Positions 57,053 to 64,000 of a stretch of 64,000 bases of DNA are shown here, in pieces (position 1 is the stretch's first letter; every line of letters starts with the position of its first letter). The translations under genes were made by a program, and so were the position numbers. The stretch is from Chlorokybus atmophyticus. Taxonomy: Eukaryota > Plantae > Mesostigma and Chlorokybus algae. The stretch covers positions 1,107,099-1,171,098 of the forward strand of contig RHPI01003642.1 in NCBI GenBank assembly GCA_009103225.1, read 5' to 3'. Below the pieces are notes generated by a model, which did not search any database, had not been told where the DNA came from, and worked only from the letters and a program-made list of their open reading frames with translations.

Positions 57053-59204
57053 ACAGGGGACATCTCCCCTGTTTTTTGCACAAGTGCCGGCTAGCTATGT
57101 GTAGCTGTCGCAATTCTGTTTGAGTTGGCCTGTAAGTATGGCTCTATGTGTACGTGGTTCATTATCTGTGTTGGGCAGGAGCACACGTGCAGTAGTACAG
57201 AAAATGCGAGAGGGGTATGCCCATTCAGACCACACCACGCATGCAACACTTTGCAGAACACACTCAACTCGTGCTATATACACGACCACCGGGCTACCTA
57301 CTCTACGCCTACACCTACATCTACGCCCCCTGTCAGTCATGCATGCACACGTTGCAATCTTGGTTACCTGCACCAGCGCCACCTGGTTAGCGGCCAATGT
57401 GCAGCAGCACCAGCGGTCACAACAGCAGCAGGACTTGGACCTCCCCTCCTCCCTTCCCTACACCCTCCCTCCTCCCGCCGTCTGGACGCTCTGCCGTCGC
57501 CCGCAACTGCGTCGCTGCAGCCAGCGTTAGGGTTTGCGCCCGTTGGCGCGCATGCAGTTCCATACACGGCATGCAGCACATTGCCGATTCGCATTGTTTG
57601 TACACTGCTGTCGCTGCGTTGCTGTATACATGATATGTGAAGTTGCTGTGCATGCAGCCTGCAGCACACTTGCTGCATTGGTTGGTCCACTGCTATTCGT
57701 GCAACCAACTGCACCAAGGACAAGCACACCTTTGCGACCCTGGTAACTTGGTCTGCATGCATGCATGCATGCATGATTAACATGGTGGGGTAGTTAGTTA
57801 GTCGGCGTAAAGTATATAGTTGTGCCCAATGGTGATCTGCGTGAGGTAGGTGTACAGGATATGCGAGGCAGTTGTAGGCATGCATTGTACACACAAGCGC
57901 ATAGCAAACAACATGCAAGCATGCTCATACACATCACCACTGGGCTATTACGCACTGCTTGTTTCTCCTTCACACGCTACAGCTGTGTGTAAAGTGTTGA
58001 TGCATAGGGTCTAGGCATTCCAATATGTCACATGCAAGGTAGTGCACACCGCAAGCTCAGCACAATCAGTCAGCCACGCCAGCAAATACAATTGCAATAG
58101 GCCGGGGCAACTAGGCAAGCTATGTGCGTGTGACTATATATATAAGGGGTATGGTGCGGTGGCAGCATGCATGGTGTGCTGACAATGCGAATGACATGCA
58201 TCAGCACAAGCATACACACGCTTTACACATTGACCACCGGGCTAGTTCTATTGCTGCTTGCTACACTACACCAATGCTAGCCCGCCCAGTTACATACAAG
58301 CATGCATTCAGTTAGTATTTGCCCACATGGGCGTTGCTATGTGCAATGCAGGGCGGGTAGGCGAAGCAGGGCAAGGCAAACGGTCGCAAGCAGTCAAAGC
58401 GACCTGAACAAGAAGGCCAGCTTCAGGAGCGATGTCTTCCTTCAGCAGGGACAGTAGCAACGCAGCAGCAGCAGGGCACAGCAGCAGCAGCAGCAAGGCA
58501 GGGCGTGGCGTGGCGGGAATGCTGGTGCTGTGCAGTGCTGTGACATGTGAGCGGCCAGCAGCGCCGCCACCGTAGTGATAGGGTTAGACGCAGCAAAACG
58601 GCTCCAGTCTTTCTGCACAAAAGTCTCGCGCAGGCTGTTAGTGAACGGACATTTTCATGACTCTCATTACCTACTCACAACGCAACAGAATCTGCACCAG
58701 CAAGTGTCCCTAAGCAGTCAGTACTCAGCACTCAGTCACACTCAGCACTCCGTCACACTCAGTCACACTCAGCTCTCAACCCCAACATGTATGAGTCATA
58801 TTGCAGATATGCGATATGTGCATGCACCAACGAGCAACAACAGTAACACTCGAGCCAACAAGCAAGGCAACACAATCACATTACCCCGGCGCCATCACAC
58901 TACTCTATGCTAAGTGACCTATGTGCAATGCCGTTGGTGAAGCAAGCAGTAGCAGCAGCAGCAAATACCGGCCAAGCAACGAACGAACGAACGAACGAAT
59001 TTGAGTGCACGAGTGCGGTAACAGTTAGCGCTCTAGTTGATGCATGTGGGTGTTGAACATGTTGAATATGTGTGAAGCATACATGCCATGTGTCGAGTGT
59101 CTTAGATCTTTATACACCATGTGGATATCAGGCTAGGCCTGCAATCATCTTTGCAACAGCTTATCCAAATGTTTTTTTTCTTTTTTTGTTAGGAGTGCAT
59201 GTAT

Positions 59205-60120
59205 ATTTTTTTTTTCATGTCTATGGCTATGCCTAAGCTCACACATCACAGCAACAACGTCCAGCATAGGGCCACGCAACAGCGCACTAGCACGCTAGCA
59301 CGCGCATGCAACTACATGTGCCCTGCAGCCTGAGAGGACCGCATCCTCCTCTGCCGTCGGGGGCACCGGCTGCAGCGGCGCCCATCCCGGCACAGCCGCC
59401 ACAGCAGCTGCACCACGCTCGAGCAGCGCCAACCCCTGCGCCCCGCTGCAGGGCGCAGGCCACCCTCTGACGATACATGGCCACGAACCTGCTCAGACGG
59501 CCGAGGGTGAGGCCACGCGTGTAGACCGCCTGCCGGGCGCACTTCGCAGTCAGCGCGAACGTCCCCAGCGTCTCTACCGCCAGCGGTATGAACTCGTCCG
59601 CGGGCGGGTGGTCGGCGTACTTGCGCCGCTTCGCCTGCTCCGCCTCCTTCGCCGCCCCTCCCGGTCGCTGGCCTGGTGCGATGACGGTCACGTCCAACAA
59701 CCAACGCCGATCGCGCCCTGGCTCGGAGGAGACCAAGTCAACCGACGGCCGTGTGTCTCGCCAGGCCGTATGGGCATAAACCCTGTCTGCTCCCTACTGA
59801 CGACGTACCCAGCATCACGCAGGATCACGTATACCTCGTCGCGCAACGCGTCATGCGTCGCCGTTCGCCCTCTCCCCACTGGGCAGCGGAGGCGTGACGC
59901 CACACAAACAGCGCGCGACGGCCGCCAGAATGGGATGCGGTAGCCCCAAGCGTATGCGCAAGGCCGTCCTAAACACGTCCGCCGACAGTTGAAGCGCTGG
60001 GAAAAGCGGCATGGCCGTGAGCCACGCCCCTGCGCCCACTCCGGACGCTGACAGTCGGCGCGCCTTCCAGTCGGCGGAAGCGCCTTCCGCCAACACCGCA
60101 AGGACGAAATGCTTGGAACA
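59205..60120 (-). mobile_element. Decayed 3' fragment of a CRE-like (RLE-type) non-LTR retrotransposon
   Basis: GAGAWLTAMP..LSADVFRTALRIRLG..RCLCG / RTATHDALRDEV..LRDAG..SRE / DLV..LLDVTV..AAKEAEQAKRRKY..FIPLAVETLG, spread over three frames; T-runs at ~59170-59215 may be the poly(A) tail. Confidence 0.75.
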
Positions 60121-60987
60121 ACCTGCCTCCCTCATAGGCGTACAACATCACAAAGCATTGCATTGACTGTGCGTATGACCCTGAGCGCACACAAGCCAAG
60201 ATGTATGCGTATTGCAATTCAACCAACAGTTCATACAAACGGGTATAAGAGATTGTATGCTGAATTAGTAGCATGCAAGATGTCAAGCACACAGTATCAT
60301 GCATAGCAGCCAGCACACAACACATGCAGTCCTCATGCTCACACCTTATACCAGTAACTTACCACCTTGCTGTTTTGTTTATTTGAGCCACTGCATGGAG
60401 AGCGCATTTGTATCAAGTGGCTGTGCGCACAAATCACACACAACCAACAGCCAGTTTGGAAACGGCATGCCCTTGCAGATCATGACATGCATTCCACTGT
60501 ATAGGCAACAACAATGCATGTGTACACGGGTACTACCATTTTAGTTACCAAACAGAAATGTAATCCAGGTCCAACTGCAGGTGGCAATACAGTAGCACAC
60601 TATTAACAGCTGCTACTATCAACAACTGCTATTGGAAGCAGCGTTGCCAAGCCAAAACCAACACAGTCTGGTCTTTGGTGCTGCAACATGTACAGAGTAT
60701 AACAGCACTAGGACACAGCTACCGCTGACGCTTTCGCAATAAGGGGTGGCAGGTCGCAGCCAACTCTTCGGCAAGCCTAAGGCTTGATCACTTCGGTTGA
60801 TTCTTTGGCTGCGGCAGCAGTGAGAAAAAGTGGGGAGAGAACTCTGCTGCGATTAACTATTCCCTACAAGTGGAATGGCTTGCACAGCTTCGGCAAATAC
60901 AGACTAATTGTTCTGGCGCCATTCCTAAATTCAATATAAACTGTCTTAGGGTAAGCAGCTGCTCGCTGCTGTAGGGGTCACTCGCTC

Positions 60988-62097
60988 TCAGCAAGTGTTC
61001 TGCAGAGGGCGCGCAATGACTTTTTGTGCAACTTCCATCATCCAGCGCCGCATGTTCAACAGCTCCAGGTAGATGGAGCTCATGTTGGCCTCACAGTCGC
61101 TGCGCAATCTTTTGACATCAGCGCTGATCTCCTCTGTTTGCCGCCGAAGGGCAGCTACTTCTTCATACGCGTCCCCCTGTTGAGTAACCACCGACAAGGG
61201 AACGCCTGCAGAGACATGAGGAAGGGGAGGTGTTGTGGGCAAGCTTCCAATGGGGAGCGGGGTGCCGGGGGAGCTTGGGGAAGCAGCATGAGGGGGGGAC
61301 ATGGAAGGACTGCTGGCTGCATTCTGAGCCATTTCGTTGCGTGCATTCAGGTTATTGCGGGCGCGTTTGCTGATGTCAGTATCCTCGGCCGCCTCATAAC
61401 ACAGCGTGTACTTCTGAATGGTCTTGCGGAGGTCGTATGGCCCGTTGAAGACTTTGGCCTTAGACGAATACCCATTCTCAGAGCCGATTGACAGCGTGAG
61501 CTGACCCTTATCAGCCTCTGCCAGCTCAGCCTCTACATTGGGGGGAAGCTTGAGCAAGGAGAAATAGTTGGAGGCGCGCAGAGCCTGGTGCAGCGCGCGG
61601 AAAAAAGGAGTCGCTCGGAGCTTCTGCTTTTGTGCCATGGCGTTATATACAATTGGGAGCAGAATCAAGCGCAGATGACCCTGAGGGGTATTCTCTTCGC
61701 CCAGGGCCTGCCGCACAAGCACCTTCACTTCATGTGGCGACTCAAATGCCCACTGCCAGTAGAGAAAACCAGACCGTTTCGACTCCAGCCAAGTGTCATC
61801 CGGGCCGCCCACCCGCTTGGTACCAGAGTGTGCATTGAGAACCTTGTCGGAGGGCAAGACTACGAGCCGATGCTTGAGGCTGGACAGTTTCCTGCTGTAG
61901 TTGGCTTCGAATACGCTCTTCATGTAGATGAGCGGCAGCAGAACATCGCCAGTGTCCTCGTCCTCCAACAGCAAGTAATTCTCGCCCTCCGCAGCCGGCA
62001 GCCATAGTGTCCTCACACTCCGCAGCTGCACAGGCGGCGTTGCGGCATTTGCACCCAGCTTGCTGCTCCCCGACAAGCGGGCTGTGACATGCGGCAT
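60988..62097 (-). CDS. Intronless 369-aa ORF of unknown function: globular N-terminus, S/P-rich linker, C-terminal coiled coil
   Basis: ATG start, uninterrupted 1110 bp, mixed-composition protein; heptad-like YEEVAALRRQTEEISADVKRLRSDCEANMSSIYLELLNM. Confidence 0.65.
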   Translation of the reverse strand: MPHVTARLSGSSKLGANAATPPVQLRSVRTLWLPAAEGENYLLLEDEDTGDVLLPLIYMKSVFEANYSRKLSSLKHRLVVLPSDKVLNAHSGTKRVGGPDDTWLESKRSGFLYWQWAFESPHEVKVLVRQALGEENTPQGHLRLILLPIVYNAMAQKQKLRATPFFRALHQALRASNYFSLLKLPPNVEAELAEADKGQLTLSIGSENGYSSKAKVFNGPYDLRKTIQKYTLCYEAAEDTDISKRARNNLNARNEMAQNAASSPSMSPPHAASPSSPGTPLPIGSLPTTPPLPHVSAGVPLSVVTQQGDAYEEVAALRRQTEEISADVKRLRSDCEANMSSIYLELLNMRRWMMEVAQKVIARPLQNTC

Positions 62098-64000
62098 TGC
62101 AACCGCAAAGGCTCTTCACACTGAAGGCAAACCATTTGACGTTAAAAACTGCTGATGGAAAGAAACATGCACAAGTATACTGTCCACAAGCAATGAGCCT
62201 TAAACAAGGCCTTCGGCACGGCCGACTTACTCAGCAAATTGATGGCCCTCTAGTACCGCCTTGCCGCCTGCACCCGCCGACCGCTCACTTGTCCCAACCT
62301 GAGGCCGAACAGCGGCGCGTCAATGAGCCTGACTCCTGTGCAGTGGCAGGAAGAACGAAGAAGAACCAAGGCTGCAAGCTAAGTGCAACTGAACTAGTAT
62401 TCGGTCAGCAAACGCGGGCGCCAACACCTACAACGCTAAGGTGTTCCTGCGCAGGTGCCCTGTCACCTTCCAGGCCGGTCACAGCCAAGAGCATTTGAAG
62501 GTCTTGCTGAGGAAACAAAGTGGACTGAACGATGCAAGCGCAAAGCAAACCGCGCAGCTAGCACCAGACACGCACGCTGGCCCTCTCAGGAGAAAACGGG
62601 CGGGGGTGAAGGAGAGGNGGGGGGGCTTCAACTTGACACCGGCAGACCACGACGCTAGGGTGTCACATACCTACTAATGCACCAACGACAGACCACACCC
62701 ACACCGACGACGACAGGCACAGCTACCATGCCATCATCCAGCCCAGGGGGTGGAAATGCCCCAAACCCTAGCCCCATAGCACCCCACGACGGGCGCAGCC
62801 CCACTGACCCAATCGCCGCAGTGCACAACGCCCTCAGCCTCACGGCTACTCAGCCCTACACATACCACACAGTGGCGGCGACGTCGCCAGCGGCGGCAGC
62901 GGCGGCGACGGCGGCGGCACCTCCCTCCTCGCCGGCGACGGCGGCGACAGGTCCCAAATGTTTCCCACGCAGCAACGCCTTGCGCGTGAAATGGCTTCCC
63001 GGATCGTACCACGCCGGCACCCTGCAAATTCGTGCAGCGTGCAGCAGGCAAGCCTAACGCACAATGGATGCTTATATTCAAGCCATAATCATTGACGGTC
63101 GGCCTGGTCCGTAGGTTACACCAGTGAAACACATCACATTGACAACACATGACATTGTCGTTGAGGCAGCGGGCCTTCAACTTCATCGGGCCGCGGCTTC
63201 AACAAATGCAATGACCCTTTTAACTGTTACTACCACAATCTGTTTAGGCAGGACACATCTCACAACTATATAGCCTAGTCAGAAAGTTGTCGCGCTTCAT
63301 TCTCACCCTGGTTATAAGCCGACTGTACAATGTACTACTAGCCGTGCTAGTCTAGCACTCATTGCAATCCGGGGTCCTGCGCTTATTGCCAACTTGCAAA
63401 GCCTGCTGGCGCGGCTTCCTGGCACGTCACTTACTTCTCGTAAAATTTACTCGGAGATTCCGCCATCGCAATGATGAAGGTTTCATTTATCAAGGTGCCA
63501 TCGGCCGAACAGTGAATGGGAGGCGTCACTTCCACGCCCGGACACGCTAAGGACTCTTCGTTGGCGAATGAGATGTTTGTCGTTTTGCTCCCACACAGCA
63601 CCACCAGCCTGCACTAGCCGACAAGACGCAAAGCCTGGACATCATGAAGCCCTTCAGGTGAAGATGCCTTTCTATCGGAAAGCATCTAGGAGGACTCAGA
63701 GCTACCCTCGCTATAAGAAACTGACCGCGACCGTCCCGCTGCAGGTACGGCGCGACGCATAAGGTCGATATCCAAGGTAGTGCAGCGGCATACGCAAGTT
63801 TGTCTTGCGGCCTGTCATGCCACAAGACGCGTGCTGCTGCCAAAACGGAAGGCGAGAAAATCTCATATTTGATTGCAAGCAGCACTCGGCGTAAGCGTTG
63901 ACCAGCACAAGGGTGTGAGCGTGGCGGGAGGAGCGGCGGTGGCGGTAGTGGCGGAAGAGGAGGCGGAGGTGCTGGACCGAGCGTTTTGCGTCGTCGTCAT

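Noticed and set aside
62677-63057. Ala/Pro/Thr-rich + strand ORF
   Set aside because: Low complexity from GCG repeats in a GC-rich promoter-like block beside an N; no family signal.
63547-64000. Minus-strand gene apparently starting at or beyond the window edge
   Set aside because: An ATG coincides with position 64000 but I could not assemble a credible exon chain or product.

Overview
Eukaryotic nuclear DNA: compact, intron-rich, about 50-55% GC. The gene content suggests a flagellate green alga or early streptophyte alga (ciliary KATNIP, plant-type DCP2 C-terminus, telobox promoter motifs, green-lineage mitochondrial rps14); this is inference, not an identification. Spliced genes reconstructed by eye, left to right: three universal stress protein (USP) genes, a telobox-type Myb protein, 20S proteasome alpha-7 (PAG1/PSMA3), a small secreted highly acidic protein, an organelle-type DEAD-box helicase, a SWIM+RING finger protein, DCP2, KATNIP/KIAA0556, a kinase with two FixL-like heme-PAS domains plus a third PAS domain fused to an SNF1/MARK-type kinase, neutral ceramidase, and an intronless 369-aa orphan ORF. 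Positions ~41-53 kb form a nested transposon island: a decayed CACTA transposase interrupted by an apparently intact intron-containing pogo element and a TRIM, a second TRIM, several orphan DNA-transposon ends, and a mitochondrial rps14 insertion next to an assembly N. A decayed CRE-like non-LTR retrotransposon 3' end lies at ~59.3-60.1 kb. No CRISPR array, rRNA or complete tRNA gene was seen. Most interesting: the heme-PAS kinase, and two TRIMs with unrelated LTRs that share a PBS + B-box + structured-RNA core. Exon boundaries are manual; single Ns at 25198, 53241 and 62618 and two 1-nt frameshifts suggest imperfect assembly.
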